The notes beneath the pieces are model-generated. The model saw only the letters and a list, made by a program, of their open reading frames with translations, did no database searches and had not been told where the DNA came from. Shown here one piece after another: positions 40,131 through 54,998 of a DNA stretch of 64,000 nt. The translations under genes were made by a program, and so were the position numbers. The first letter of the stretch is position 1. Every line of letters starts with the position of its first letter. Location: assembly GCF_009914755.1 (NCBI RefSeq), contig NC_060932.1. The stretch is one strand, 5' to 3'. Source of the stretch: the human T2T-CHM13v2.0 reference genome, Homo sapiens.

Positions 40131-43100
40131 GTGAGGAAATTCAGAAGGGTTATGATTGATCTTCTTTGCAATTTGACCCTACAGTGGGGTGGACAGGTGG
40201 GTGGTGGTGACGGCATTCAGAAAGCTCAGAGTTGGACTGAAGTGAGCCAACTCAAAGTTTATGGGCTATTTTGAGAAAGGGGAGGATTCAGTTAGCAATA
40301 GCTGTGGGCTCTGGGAAGAAACAGGGTTAGGAACCTGCTTGTCCCCGCTCTCATGGTAAATTGGGGACCTGAGCAGGGTGCAAGGCTTGAAGAATGGAGA
40401 GCCGAGTGTCCTAAAAAATACCAGAACACAAACAGAGTAAATGATGAGTGAAATGATTACAGAGAGAGAGAAAGAGTGAGCAAGCAGGCTAAGTTATAAA
40501 GTCATGTGAGCCTGAGACAGAGGGAAGCCTCAGAATGAGATGTTAAAAAAACCAAAGAAGGGGAGGTAGGCCTGGAGGAATTCTTAAGCTTAAAATCTTT
40601 TTGTTTTTTAAATTATTATTATATTTGAGTTTATTTAACCCAATATATCTGAATTATTATTATTGCAGTGTTTAAAAACATGCTCAATATAAACATTTTG
40701 TATTTTACATTTTTGGGGGTAATATTGAAACTTAACATGTTTTGATGCTGCTCTGAAGGTCCCTTGTGAGAATGAACCAGGATCATATAAAGCAACAGAC
40801 ACCAGTAAATCATGTACTTTTATTTGGCTGCTCCCTTAGCCAGAACCACACTGAGATTTCCCCGTGTTTACCTGGTGAAAGGTACTAATGGCCAGTGAGT
40901 TTGCATTTTATACTTCCAGGTGGGCCAGGATCTGACATCATCAGGAGCCCAGCTCTTCCCTACACATACAAGGGTTCCTCATCTGGTATCATCAGAATTT
41001 TGGCAGGGCTTTTTTGGATTTAGCTTGTTGATGAATGATGCAAACCGGCGTGGATGCCAGAGCTGCTGTGAAAGTGGATATTGATAGAAGCAGATTCAGG
41101 AATGAGGTGGGGGTGGGCAGGGGGTTTAACTACAATTGCTGATGGGTTATTGATGGAGGAATTTTTCTAGGCATTAATATGCTCCATGGGTCCATCTGCC
41201 AACAATGGCTAAGTGGGCATGAATGTGAAAGGCCTTAAACAAGCTTATCTAAAGCAGACCTGTCAACTAGGGTCTGTGGTCAGATGAAGTAGGTAGGTTA
41301 GAGGTAAGGAAGATGGGAGTTGAAAGATTAGGGGTCTAAATGTACCACAGCTACCAGGGTATTCTTATGGTAGAGGGAAGAGGAAGTCAGAGATGCAGCA
41401 TAATGTGGTAGTATTTCTGGGTATTGTGAATGCAGTGTTCAGTCTTCTTGGGTTGGCTAGGCCAGTATTTGACACTTGAACCATTTCCTGTCATGGTTGA
41501 GCTCACCAACAGTCTCTGTACATGTTGTTGAAAGGTTTGTATGGGTCAGGTTGGCCAGCCAGAATGGCATTATGACATAACCAGAATGTCTAGATTCTGG
41601 TCTTCCTAGTGTGTTTATATAGTTGACTTCCTTTCTAGAATAAATCTTTCAGTATTCTCTACTTCCCAGGGCCAGGCCTGGGAAGCCCTGCACTTTTGAG
41701 AGTGTGAATCCTGGTACTAGATCAATTATCCAATTATATTTCTGATTAGGGGAAAGTTTTTGGCTCCTCGTTAAAAAATAACTCCCGTTACAAAACGTGC
41801 TTGTCCCATCCTGGGCATGAGAACAATTGATAGGGAAGCTCTGAGAGAGAGAATCATTTCTCATTATAGAAATCTGATCAAGTAGAGGTGGCTATTGACA
41901 TTCTGATGTCAAGTCCAGATGAACCTCTATCCATGTTCTAAATGGAAAGTTAACTGAGTAGGAGCATAGCTACAGTGCCCTCTCCGGGTTCCCTGATGTG
42001 GCCTTGCCAAGAATGCAAATAGGCAGAAATAGAGTCCATGGAGATTAGGAAGAAAGATGACTGTGGAAGAATTAAAACAAAAGCAAGATTTAGGAACGAA
42101 TACGGCAACATAAAGGGCTTCTGAAGCCACCCTGATTTTCCATTTCTTTCTCTCCTTCATTGCCTGAGAATTTAACTAAAACTCTGACACAAACAGCCTA
42201 GGGCTTTTCTGAGTATTTAGTTTTTGTGATTTTTTTTTTTGGAATAAATTGTTTCTGTTAATTAAACTTCTTCCTATTAACTTTATAACAAGGGTACTTT
42301 TTTGGCAAGGCAGATGGCATATAGAAGAAATATCTCTGTGAAAAGGTGTGGCTGACAAAAGTTTACATGGCAAGAGTTATATTTCCAAAGGTTACCTGGT
42401 CAAGAGAAAACCAAAAGACCTTGAAGTAAAGTTACTGATGCTTAATGATTGTTAAATAATGCTGCATTGAAGAATGGGGATGGGAGAGGAAATCATTTGA
42501 TTCCATGTACAAAAGTCTACTAGTCATTAGGGTCCTGTGGTTATTGAAATAATATAAGAACACTAATAAATATATTAAGAAATATTGAGAGTTTTTGAAT
42601 CCAAAAATGCAACATAAAATTTTAAATAATTTGTTAAAAATCAGAACAATTTATCCAGGGTTAATTGTCATAACAAGTAAATGCATGCGTATTGTTTTGG
42701 CATATATTAATTTATTCAGTTTTTAAATTCACCAATTTTAGTTCAAAGCAATCCTACTATTCCTTTACCATCAAACTTCTTGAAAATAATGTTTTACGGT
42801 TGATGTTTTTACTTCCTTTACATTAGCTCTTCACTTTCATATACTTTATGTATAAAGTTCACAGAACCTGGTTGATGCTCCTCCTACGCTAATGAAACAG
42901 TTTTCATTATGTTCTCTAATGGCTTTGTTTTTAGTCACCATCTTTGTTTATTTCTTTAAGATGTGTCCTTCTGTTAACCACTCCCTACCTCTCTTCGTTC
43001 TTTTCAGTTTTGACCACACTCTCCTGTTTCTCCTTGATCATCCTTCTTGGTTCCTTCACAGTCCGATTTGTGGTTTCCTAAGATTCTATTCTTGATCTCT

Positions 43101-43158
43101 CTTCAGGACTGGAATGCAGGCCTCCTGTTTCTTGGGTCAGGGTCAGGCTTTTTCTCTG

Positions 43159-43256
43159 TTTTTTTTTTTTTTTTTTTTTTTTTTTTGAGTTGGAGTTTCA
43201 CTCTTAACGCCCAGGCTGGAGTGCAATGGCGCGATCTCGTCTCACTGCAACCTCCG
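43159..43256 (-). mobile_element. Severely 5'-truncated Alu (Sp/Sq-like 3' end) with T28 tail
   Basis: gagttggagtttcactctt..gcccaggctggagtgcaatggcgcgatctc..ctcactgcaacctccg. Confidence 0.9.
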
Positions 43257-43959
43257 GGGGGCGGTGGGGGGGCGGCGGGGAGCGGTGAGGTTTTTTCTAG
43301 AGAGTCATCCTATCCTAGATCAAATGTAAAGGCAGGCGGCTTCTGTAACTGTCATTGTTCTGCTTTCTGCTCCAATGAATAGCAATTAGATGGGTGCTTC
43401 CTCCAGCTAAATATTCATATACCTTCTGCAACTACCCCTAAAAGGACTATTTGATCTCTTTGATAATTGATAGACACCACACTTACTGTATTATCAGAAT
43501 GTACTCCTCTATTTACAAAACTACTTGTGTTGCTGAAGTCAAAGAATAGACATGGCTTGATCTGCATCGTCTTAGCTAAATATATAGTTTAGTAATCCCA
43601 AATACTTTGAATTTCCCTATTGTTGCTTTCTTCCGATTTGTTGATTTTCTTCTGCTATTTATTTTGTCTAAATTTTAAAGTCGTAAATGGTGCTAAGGTT
43701 TAACTAACTCATTCATTCATACATTTGTTCTTTTACTCATTTCTTCCTTCAACAATCTTTCAACATTAAATTACTTTGTTTTGAAAGTGCAATGTAAGTA
43801 GACCCCCAAGAGTTTTGTATTTAAGGAATTTGAGGCTTGGCCTGAGGGCATTACATGAAACAAATGAGTATTTTCCGGTTTCATAATCTGAGCGAAATTG
43901 TGCTAGTAATTACTTCTTTCTTTTCATTGTGTTGTCTGGGACGTGCTCCTGGCTCATAG

Positions 43960-44640
43960 GTGAATATATGTCTTGATGGCCTTTGACATAAAGTATTTTC
44001 CCATGTGCTGGTTAGCAATTTGATTTTATGTTCATAAATTGTTCATTCTTGTTTCCTCCCTATAGGTTTGTGGCATTTTCTTTATCAATTTATAAGTTTT
44101 TAATGCATAGAAGTATTAATGCTTTGTTATACTTGTTGCAAATATTTTCTTTGTACTTGCCTTTTAATTTTGTAAAGTTTTGAACCTTCCAACTTTAACA
44201 TTTTATAACCATACCAATCACTTTGAATTTCTTTACCACATATAAGCTATAAAAGCCTTTCTACCTCCAAATACTTGATAAATATTTGCTTACTTTTTTT
44301 ATTTCTTTTTTGCCATTCTTTCTTCTACATTTAATTCCTTACTCCAGCTAAAATTTTATTGTAAAATGTTCTAATGCCTTTAAAAATAATTTTAAATTGC
44401 CTTTTCATCTGTGATACACATTTTATACCATTCTAAATTTTGATATATGTAGCTCTGTTTCTGAGTTACATATTCTCTTCCATTACTTTGTCTATCTAGT
44501 CTTATCAGATCTTTAATCATTATCGCTTTATAATACATTAAACTCTGGGAGGGCTAGTGTCTTCCTTCCTCTATTAAGCTTCTTTTATTCAAAATCCGCT
44601 TAGTCATATATTACTGTTTATTCTTACTTTGAGAAATATT
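43960..44640 (-). mobile_element. Ancient L1ME ORF2 fragment
   Basis: gttgcaaatattttct, tacatttaattcctt, tctgtttctgagttacatattctcttccatt. Confidence 0.65.
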
Positions 44641-44774
44641 GTTGTAGTTTATGGTGTTCTGTAAGTTTCTTAAGGTTCAAGTTTTCCCACAGAGAAATTT
44701 TCACTGGGACTACCAGAAAGGCTTTTGTCAACATCTAAAGGTCTTGCAAAAATAGCCATGGATAAAATAAAAGT

Positions 44775-44885
44775 TACGGATTCTAGCTACGACCTTGAGC
44801 AAGTTACAATTTCTCTTAATACTACTTTTTCATTTATAAAGTAAGAGCTTTGTTCTGTAGATTTTTAAAGACTTTCTTTCAACTC
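44775..44885 (+). mobile_element. MIR (MIR3/c-like) fragment
   Basis: gaccttgagcaagttac..tttcatttataaagt. Confidence 0.55.
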
Positions 44886-45039
44886 AGGCTTTTTACATAC
44901 AGAGTTCTGTTGTTAGATATTTAAACCATTCATTTATCCTCTCGTTAAGTTACAGAACACTTCTAAGAACAATGGTTGTAATAGTGATAGGGATGGGGTT
45001 GGGGAGATAAGGGAAATAAATACACATAGAAAGTATAGT

Positions 45040-45183
45040 TCCCATTTTCTGGTAATTTACAGTATTATATGTGTTTATCTCTGCCACTAGACTGTAAACT
45101 CTGGAAGGGCAGAGCCTGTGCCTTGTTTCTTGTGCCTGACAAATACTAAGTGCACATAAAGATGATTTGTTGAATGAACAAAC
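45040..45183 (+). mobile_element. L2 3' end
   Basis: cactagactgtaaactctggaagggcagag..atttgttgaatgaac. Confidence 0.75.
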
Positions 45184-45848
45184 ACTGACTCCTACAGATT
45201 GGAAGAACATTTTTCAGGGTCCTCCAAAGGCAACAATTCCATAGATGTCTTTCTCTGTCATTGTCCATGACCTCTTCCTATTTTATCAGCCAATTCAGTT
45301 TTGTCTTCCATCCTACACTCTTGGACCCAGCTCCAGTGACTCAAGATGAGGAGCTGGATACACAGTGAAATAAATACCAGACTCTAGCCAGTATCTTAGT
45401 AAAGTCTTGTTCCTGAGCAATGGGAATGGGAGGAATGGTTTAACCCAACCACCACCCAGGATTTCCAGCAATTGCCCAAGATCCCACCTTCCTATTTCCA
45501 ATTTTCCTTCACTTTAATACTATTTCTGGTCACTCCTATTTCTTCTTACAGTGTTTCTGGAGTTTGTATTCATACTTAGAGTGCCTTATTTAAACCATAG
45601 CTTTCTCTAACTGACTCTGAAGTCATGCCATTCTGGCTGTGGGTATGTCAAGACAGACTTGTGTAAAAACCCCTGCCCAGCCAAATGCCACCCTAAATTT
45701 TAATCTTGTCCACCTCATTGGTACTCTACTGGAGCAGTACCATCACCCCAGTGAGGAATTGCTTATTTAGGATCACTGGGTAGCCCAAGAAAACCTTCCA
45801 AACTGAGGACAAAGTGCTGCTACTGAGAAAGCACTGGGAGCCTACATA

Positions 45849-46705
45849 TTTTTTCCAATATTTTAATTGCAGTAAATACACATAACATGGTATTTACCAT
45901 TTTGACCATTTTTAAGTGTACAGTTCAATGATTAAGTACATTCATATTGTTGTACAATTATTATCACCATCAATCTTCAGAAGTCTTTCATTTGCAAGAC
46001 TGAAACTCTATACTTATTCAACAATAACTTCCTATTCTTTCTCCCTCCAGTCCCCAGCAACCCTCGTTCTGCTTTCTGTCTATAATTTTGACTACTCTAG
46101 GTACCTCATATAAATGGGATCGTACAGTACTTATCTTTTTGTGACTGGCTTATTACACTTGGTAAAATGTCCTCCAGGTCCATTCATATTATATGAAGCA
46201 TATGTCAAAATTAATGATGAATAATATTCCATTGTATGTATATACCACATTTTGTTTATCCATTCATTTACTGATGGACACTTGGGTTGTTTCGGTGTTT
46301 AGCTTGTGAATAATGCTTCTATAAACCCGGGTATAACATTTCTTTGAGACTGTGTTTACAATTCTTTTGGGTATATACCCATAAGTAGAATTGCTGGATC
46401 ATACGGTGATTTGATTTTTAACTTTTTGTGGAACTGCTATGCTATTTTCCATAGAGGCTATACCATTTTACATGCCTACCAGCAGTGCGCAAGGGTTCCA
46501 ATTTCTCCACATCCTTGTCAACACTTGTTATTTTCTGTTTTGTTTTTATTTTTATAGTAGTAATTCTAAATGGTGTGATGTGGTAGCTCATTGTGGTTTT
46601 GATTTGCATTTCCCTAATGATTAGTAATGTTAGGCATCTTTTCATGTACTTATTGGCTATTTGCATATCTTCTTTGAAGAAATGTCTATTCAAGTCGTTT
46701 GCTTA
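45849..46705 (-). mobile_element. L1MB-type 5'-truncated 3' end
   Basis: catttttaagtgtacagttca, actgaaactctata, aggtacctcatataaatgg; ORF 46442-46693 [28 protein letters not shown] is the ORF2 C-terminal region. Confidence 0.9.
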
Positions 46706-46789
46706 TAGGGGCCTGTGTTTTTAGAACTCGCATCAAATCTTTTTTCAAGTTTTTCATAATATAACTTTCCTTCAGTGAAAAGTTAATTT

Positions 46790-47030
46790 TTTCATCATCT
46801 ATGAAGCCCCCTCTGACTGCTTTAGGTAGAATTAGTTGATTCATTTTTTATTTTTATCCGTATAAGACCTGTTAAAGCATTTATTCCAGAACATTATAAT
46901 TGTCTAATTAACAAATGTGTTTCCTCCCACTTACACCCAAGGCCAGCAACCGTATTTTATTAATTTTTGTTCACATAATACTTATTGCTAATTCTGGCAC
47001 ATAGTAGGTGCTCAGTGAAGCTCTGATGAA
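46790..47030 (+). mobile_element. L2 3' end
   Basis: ctatgaagccccctctgac..ctggcacatagtaggtgctcagt. Confidence 0.7.
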
Positions 47031-47179
47031 GGACTACATCAATATATTCATTATCTACTTTAAAAATAAAATATCTATTTCTGTAGACAACTGAGTATGT
47101 ATTATCATGGCTTTGTAGCAAACTAATAAAGGTATCTATTAAGGCCATTTGCACTGTTGCTTTTCCTACTAAAAAAGAG

Positions 47180-47322
47180 CGGTGATTTTCAACTCTGAAT
47201 GAACATTAAAATCATCTCAATTCCTGGGTTTAACCTCAAAGATGCCAGGTGAGGCTTGGGCAGTGTGTTTTTTAATAGTTTTCCAGGTAATTCTAATGTG
47301 TGGCCAGGGTTGAGAACTGCGA
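47180..47322 (+). mobile_element. MER5A-type hAT DNA transposon
   Basis: cggtgattttcaac..cattaaaatcatct..ccaggtaattctaatgtgtggccagggttgagaac; orientation nominal. Confidence 0.8.
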
Positions 47323-48635
47323 AGAATCACTGAAAAGTGAGATCACAAAGTATATTGCTCTCTTCCAGCTTTATGGGGCTGAGTCACTCTGGCATCACAT
47401 TATAGAAAATATAGCCAATACGTGCATGAGAATTAGCTTGTAGATCCACTCGTTTCATAAGCATTTTTGAAATAACCCAATACTTCCTCCTGTACTTTAC
47501 ATCCCTTATAATTATATTATAATCCAGTTAGTAGTCCAACAGTCACACGAGTTCCTCTTTATTTTAATTTGAGAGACATGAGTTCAGGTATTATTAATCC
47601 AGGCATTTTGAATCCATGGAATCAGGTAAGAAGCATGGCATATCTCTAAGTTTGTGCTATTACCATGTGGAATGTTATCAAAGTTTTCAGGGAAATGTTG
47701 GTAACCTCTTTGCACTGGTAGATGTGGATTTTATAATTACTTGTGACTTTGCTTCTTTTATTGTCTCTGGCCCTAGCCTTGGTATTCTTTTAATGTACAT
47801 TTCTGTACAAATGAGAAAAGCAAGAGTTAAGATGTGGAACTTATGTGTCTGGCCACAGCTGTTCAGAGCAATTCAGTGTGTCAAGCTGAGGTCAAATGAA
47901 TAGGGAATGTCATTACTAAATGGTAACATTTTCTGAGGGCTTTAAAAAAATTCAAGTCCTTTTTAAATCTACATTTATTTTATCTTTTTTCAGGGTGATA
48001 GGTTGCACTTCTAGTTCTTGTCAGAGATTTGTACATTAAAATGACTCTAAATTTAACTATTCTAAAAATCAACTTTCCAAACAGTTTTTCAGGCGGCATC
48101 AGCTGAAAGCATACAGTTTTATTTGAGACACAGTCTTCAAGTTTGGTAAGATGTACTTGCTTATTTGCAAGGGTGATGTGACATATGCCTATCTACTATG
48201 CCTCTTTGATATATTAACAAAGACACTGGGGATTAGGTCATATTTCCAAATTCCATGAGCTGAATTATAGGTATCAAAGCAACCTTCTCATGGTTCATTA
48301 AATTTAAAATGCTATAATATTTAGAAATTTGAGACATACATATACCAATTTGGAAGCTAACAAAATGAACAACATACTTGTGTATCTGTGCTGTGTATTG
48401 TAATAGTATGTTGATAAACAGGTAGTTCAGGCTATAAAGTACATTATGTGTATGTCAAATCAGTGATGTAGCATTTATGGTATGAAATTTGCAAAAATGG
48501 ATCAAGGGCAAAACTGGGTTATTGAGGCAGCTTTTTAGCACATGCCAACCCTATTATACTTGTAAGGAAATGTGTCACATGATGAACAGGAGAAAAGTGG
48601 GTGTGTTCACCTCTTAATTATCTATGGACTAGAGG

Positions 48636-49000
48636 TGTATTAGTCCGTTCTCACACCACTATAAGGACTTACCCAAGACTGGGTAGTTTATAAAGCAATG
48701 AGGTTTAACTGACTCACAGTTCTGAATGGCTGGGGAGGCCTCAGCAAACTTACAATCACGGCAGAAGGCACCTACCTCCTTCACAGTGCGGCAGGAGAGA
48801 GAATCAGTGCCAAGTGAAGGGGAAAGCCCTTTATAAAACCATCAGATCTCATGAGAACTCACTCATTATCATAAGAACAACATAGGTGGTGGAACACCTC
48901 TGTGATTCAATTACCTCCTACTGGGTCCCTCCCATGGCATGTAGGGATTATGGAATTACAATTCAAGATGAGATTTGGGTAGGGACACAAAGCCATATTG
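48636..49000 (-). mobile_element. THE1 (C/D-type) solo LTR
   Basis: tgtattagtccgttctc..gatgagatttgggtagggacaca; near-TSD AGAGG/AGAGA. Confidence 0.93.
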
Positions 49001-49029
49001 AGAGATGAGCAGAAATATAGCTAAATATA

Positions 49030-49527
49030 TAGTGGATATCCAGAAAACCACACATTATTGCCTCATATGTATCCTTCAGACCTTTTCATTTCTATGCACT
49101 CTGCTAATTTTCTTTTTGTCTGAGGACTTTTTCCAAAGCTATGGAACTCTGTTCAACTCACTTGCAGACAAGGCCGAAAGGGCCAGAAAATTATTTCTTT
49201 TTAGGCACAGCCCTCTCAACCAATGATAGATAGGAATTGATGGATAAAGACCCTGGCTCCCTCTTTCCACAAGTAGAACTCCAAACTACATGTTCTGTTA
49301 CATCTCCCAGACTTTTCCAACTGATCCCAGAAGATCAGCTGAATAATCTCCAGGTTCCCAGAGGGATGACTTGCTTAACACACCATTTCTTGTCTTACTG
49401 CTTTATTAGCACTCTGGCCATCTCACTTTTATTTCCCCAGTATCCTACCAGTATTTCCCGTACCTCCCAAACTTGCAAACTAGTCTTTGTCTTAGGGTCT
49501 ACTTCTGGGAGAACTCCAACTATGATA
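49030..49527 (+). mobile_element. LTR16-type ERVL LTR
   Basis: cagccctctcaaccaatgatagataggaattgatggataaagaccctggctccctc; end ttgtcttagggtctacttctgggagaactccaactatgata. Confidence 0.7.
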
Positions 49528-51388
49528 ACTGAACAATGATATATGCTTTTAGCTTTCATTTTAAAATGGAAGTTTGTGAGAATTCACCTAAAACCTGTTT
49601 GCAAAGCAGTGCCCTAAGGAACTCTGTGGCTTTGGCTTTGGGCCACTCACACCATCTTTTTGAGCCTCAGTTTCTTTATAAAATTAACAGATGGAATCAA
49701 TGACCTCATTCTAAGATTCTATTATTTTAAGACCTGAATTAAGGTTTCTTCCACCCTCATCCTAGCACCATTTCAGCAATTTACTGCTGGGTGTTACTTC
49801 TCTATGTTGGTAAAGACCATTCTCTTTCAGGGTATTCTTAACCAATGCAAACAGGGTTTCTAAAAAGTCCTTCTACTGGATTCATGCTTTGGATACCCTT
49901 TTGTCACTTGTCATCAGCTCAGACTCTGAATACTGTTTCTCCTACTACCTCCCTATCCTCTGAAGTTGATAGTCAAGGCCTCAGCTACAGAACAACCAAG
50001 ATTCCAGGGCCTTTCTCTGCAAAATTCCTCACCTTCTTCTTCCCTCTTAGATGTGTTCTATCCTGATGCAATTGAATTTGCCTCTCTGTGGGGCTCCCCT
50101 AGTCACTCCCTACATGAGGTATAAGCCCTTGTTCTTCTATCTGATTTCATTTGTACAGTTCAAAGAAAAGGGATTTCACATCATACTGAATAGATACATA
50201 GAGCATGACAGGCTGATTCCACAGATGAAGTTAGTGCCTTTTCAGGTGGTTGAAATAATTGCAAGAACCACCAGCATGGCTTACCTTTGGGGGGATGGGA
50301 GTAAAGACAAAATGAAATGTGAAGTAAGTGGGAGAAGTGTACATTTTAAATAATTTATTTTTTAAACATGCAAACATGGTGGTTATTTTCCATGGCTTGG
50401 CTGGTCTGGAGAGGGCTGTCTCATGTTCCTGAGCACCTGCGGCTCTGCAGTCTGTCCTCCTGGCAGAGAAATGCATTTCAATTCTGGGTGTTTGTTTTGT
50501 TTTGCTTGTAGCTATTCTTAGATTGGGAATAGACACATGAATAGATACAGTACTGTGGAGAGAGCTTTATGGGGTCAACATGGCATCACTCTTGCTCAAG
50601 AGGGGCTTCCTGGAGAAGGGCTATCACTTACTCTGTCTTTTGGGGGTGGTTTATCTCAATTTATTGGGGCTTTGACATCCAGAGACTCAGGATCATATTA
50701 ATTCCAACAGACATCTCACCATTCAAATGAATGAGAACAGACGTGCGAATTATTGGACTTGATTAGATCCAAGGCTAGGCTCTAAAGCACTCATAGGATT
50801 CTGAATGCAGAGCCCCATGGAGGAGCTAGATTTCCATCAGCCAAATGACCCACCCCAGGAGTGAATTGGGGATTGCAGTGATGCCCAAACTAAATAGAGC
50901 TTCCAATGTGGCGGTGGTGACCTTACTCATCTACCAGTGTCTGGGGGTGATTTTATGATTTTTCAAGTCACTTTATTCCTGTTGACTTTGAGGTAGGCTA
51001 AACTTAGTTATACCATTACCTGGAACTGCTGAGTCCTTCAGTTAGAAGGTCATTTTTAAGTTCCCAAATGTTCCCAGTTTAAATCTGATCAAGGGAACAT
51101 TGGAGTGGGTAAAGGAGGGGAGCAGTTCAGAGCACATACAAACAATTTAGACTCTTCTCTAGATTGGAGCAAGGTCTGGGGGTGGGGTCTAGAACCAGCC
51201 TGTCTGCTGATAGTTCTTTGCAAATTATCATGTCTTGGCTTTGAGGCAGCTCCACATGCAAGTGACTTCAGGAGGGTATATATTATGGATCTTGTGTTTT
51301 TATAGTGTTTTTGTTTCACCAGATTTGAAGCCCCTTGCTGGAAGTATCTTCACTTTTCTTATTTTGAAAATTTTACACAACATTAGTG

Positions 51389-52170
<782 letters not shown>

Positions 52171-53096
52171 TTGAATGCTGGCTCCCTAAAACGTCACCAA
52201 AACAACCTGTTTATAAGACAAAGCGGAGTTCATTGCTTACCACGTAAGGGAGAATCCCACCTTGACAGAACCCTCTTGGGAAGGATCATGATATAAGTCT
52301 AGAATTGGTGAACGTGATGAAATGTAAGTTAAAGTGTTGGTAGATGTTTCCTTCACTATAGCAAGCGTATGTCCAAACAGCCTCTGCTAATTTGATCTCT
52401 AACTTACTTTTCTTTTTGACAGAGAAGAATTTGAATAGGAAGTTATTATAAGAAAAGCCCCTGCTCATTAAATAACATTTAAAAAATATAGACTTTAAAA
52501 TGTAGCAGCTCCAGAACACTTTAACAGCAATCTCTACATGAGCTACCTACATGAAGTATCATCTTCCTCAAGCAGACTTCTAGTGAGATCATTCAGCAGC
52601 TAGAAAATGATCTTTTGATTTTATCTGTTGTCAAAACCACAGGGGACTATTGTAGGCTCTTATGTAATTATTATTGTAGCTCAATAAACCAAGAGAACTG
52701 CAGGGTGGGCTTTTAATCATATTCTTTCCTTTCTGTTGCTTCTCATCACCACCCAGAGAAGTTCTTTAGGCATAGATTTAATAATTTAATGATATATCCT
52801 CCTTGGGTCTTTCTCAGATCTGCAAAGCAGAGTTAATCTAACCTCATTCTGCTCCCAGAGCCCTTTAGTTATTTTTCCATTACAACATTTAACAGAGGTT
52901 GATTTTGTATTAACAGTTTTTTGGGTCTATGTCTCTCTTATGTTTCTTTTAGTCTCTATGCATGAACTAAAGTTTCCTAAAATTCAGAAGATGTGGGCCA
53001 TAAGTCAGAAAAATTAACTGTGTTTTATCAATTTTTTCCAATACATTTAAGTGAATAAATCTCTTGTGTACTTGTTCAATGTAAGACTTTACTAGG

Positions 53097-53356
53097 TGGA
53101 TTAGTCAGGATGGGGTAGGTTACAGCGCTGTAACAACAAACCCTCCAAATTTCTATAGTTTGACACACACAAGTTTATATCTCACTCATACTACGTATAC
53201 AACATAGATCAATTTAGATCTCTGTACCATCAGTGACTCAAGACACAGGATGATAAAGAACTTATCATCTGGAATATTGTTGATAGCTTTTACAGAGGAA
53301 GAAAGAGTCTGAATCATGCATGAGTTTTGTACTGCCTCAATTCAAAAGTTTCATGT
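53097..53356 (-). mobile_element. MLT1 (J-type) LTR fragment
   Basis: attagtcaggatggggtaggtta..gctgtaacaacaaaccc..caagtttatatctcactcat. Confidence 0.75.
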
Positions 53357-53468
53357 AGGGATTGCTATTAAGGTGTTCTGGTGCTACTAAATTCTAAAAT
53401 TCTATATTTCAAAAAACGTTGTTCAATGGGAAGCGTTTTTTAAACTACACATTTATATTCAAGTTCTA

Positions 53469-53877
53469 TGCCCAAACCAAAACTAAGTTAGAAATCAAAT
53501 TAGCCAATGCTGTTTATTCATATGTTTGCTATAGCAAGGGAAATATCTATGGTCCCTTTTGCTCCTTCAGAGGTTCAAGGAGGATTTGAAAGGAAAATGA
53601 GTTTTATAGGAAAAAAAAGCACATTCTATTAAGGTGAGATTTTTGAAAGGGGCATGGGGCAGTCTTATGATTGGCCTTTAAGTATATTTGGCTGTCCTTG
53701 TTTGGTTGCAAGGGAGCAGGCACTTTGAGGTTTCCAGAAAGGAAGAGGCTATTCAAACTGTGGCCCGAGATTTCCTACAACTAGTGAGTCAATTGAGTGT
53801 TCTTTATGGTTATACTGATAGAATATTTGAGTCATGGTCCTGAGGTAAGGATGGTGGTAATGGCAGACAGTTTCTCA
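53469..53877 (-). mobile_element. Probable old ERV (MER-type) LTR
   Basis: TG..CA bounded; on - strand CCAAT (gattgg), TATAAA (tttata) and AATAAA (tttatt) occur in LTR order. Confidence 0.45.
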
Positions 53878-54815
53878 AAAAATTGTAAAGCACTGAATCG
53901 CTGCATTCTCATCTGCTGTGGCTAATTGTGAGGGCTTGGGCCAGTCAACATATCTCCTTTGACTGCACTTTCTTTACACCATGAAGATGGTAAATTGGGT
54001 GATGTTTACATTCTCTTCAGAGTCTTGCACGTCTAGGATTCCATGATGACACTGGCCACAAACTAATTTAATTCATTATGTTTATCAATTGCTAATTGAG
54101 ATGAATAGCAATTCATCTCTTAGGTTGGTTATAGGGAGAACTCAAATTTATCTGAAGCCTTATGAACAAACACATCTACTGAGTTATGAAACTCTGTAAT
54201 AACCAGCCATTCTCTGCTATTCAAAGGTGACAGCTTTAGGGGGTTCTCCTTCCCAGCATATGTGTCTGAAGCTCAAGAGACTGATGGAGGTGAGCCCTCT
54301 TCTTTTTACATCCATGGAGTAAAGGCTCTTCTCAGATTGTGGATACATCTTTGCCTCCCAGCACCTAAGGCCATTCCTGACCCTGCCACTTAGATGTGCA
54401 GTCAGCTGGAAACCTTTATTCAAAGGAGCTGCTCCAGGCTTACCTGCTGCCAGGCTGATGCAACTTGCCCAGCTGCCCACATCCATGCTCCAGAGTTGGA
54501 ATCTATGCCCTGGAACAACCTGGATCCTTCCCTGCATATGGTTTCTCCACTTCAGCTCACCTACGTACTACAGCAGGGTTCACCTCGGGGCAGAAAGTAC
54601 TGTCATGATTTCAGAAATTGCACAGTGGCCCTCTTTTCATGTAAATTATAAATAATGGATGCTCAACAATAATTTAAAGATGTGTTTATCAACGACCAGT
54701 GTTTTGCTAAAGCCTGTCTATAATTCACAAAGCAGGAATTCTTTATTCCTTTATTCACTGGGAATGGTCATCATTTGCCAGTTCAAGTAATGCATTTGAA
54801 CTTGGCACAGTATGA

Positions 54816-54998
54816 GAATTCTAACATTTACTGAGCATTTACTAGATGCTAGGCACTGTGTCAAATTTTTTACCTACACAATGAATCATTTAATCATCAA
54901 ATCACTTGGGTTGAGAGGCTAATACTATTTATAGCATCATTTTACAGATGAGAAAAATGAGGCTTGGGAAGATTAAAGTAATTTGCTTGGGGTCTTAT
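54816..54998 (-). mobile_element. MIR SINE
   Basis: ctaacatttactgagcatttacta..ctaggcactgtg..cattttacagatgagaaaaatgaggct. Confidence 0.85.

Noticed and set aside
40150-41560. Purine-rich stretch possibly from an old LTR/ERV or containing an exon
   Set aside because: I could not assign a family or a convincing reading frame by eye
43047-43382. 111-aa ORF with poly-F and poly-G
   Set aside because: Produced by the poly-T tail, Alu stub and G-rich tract
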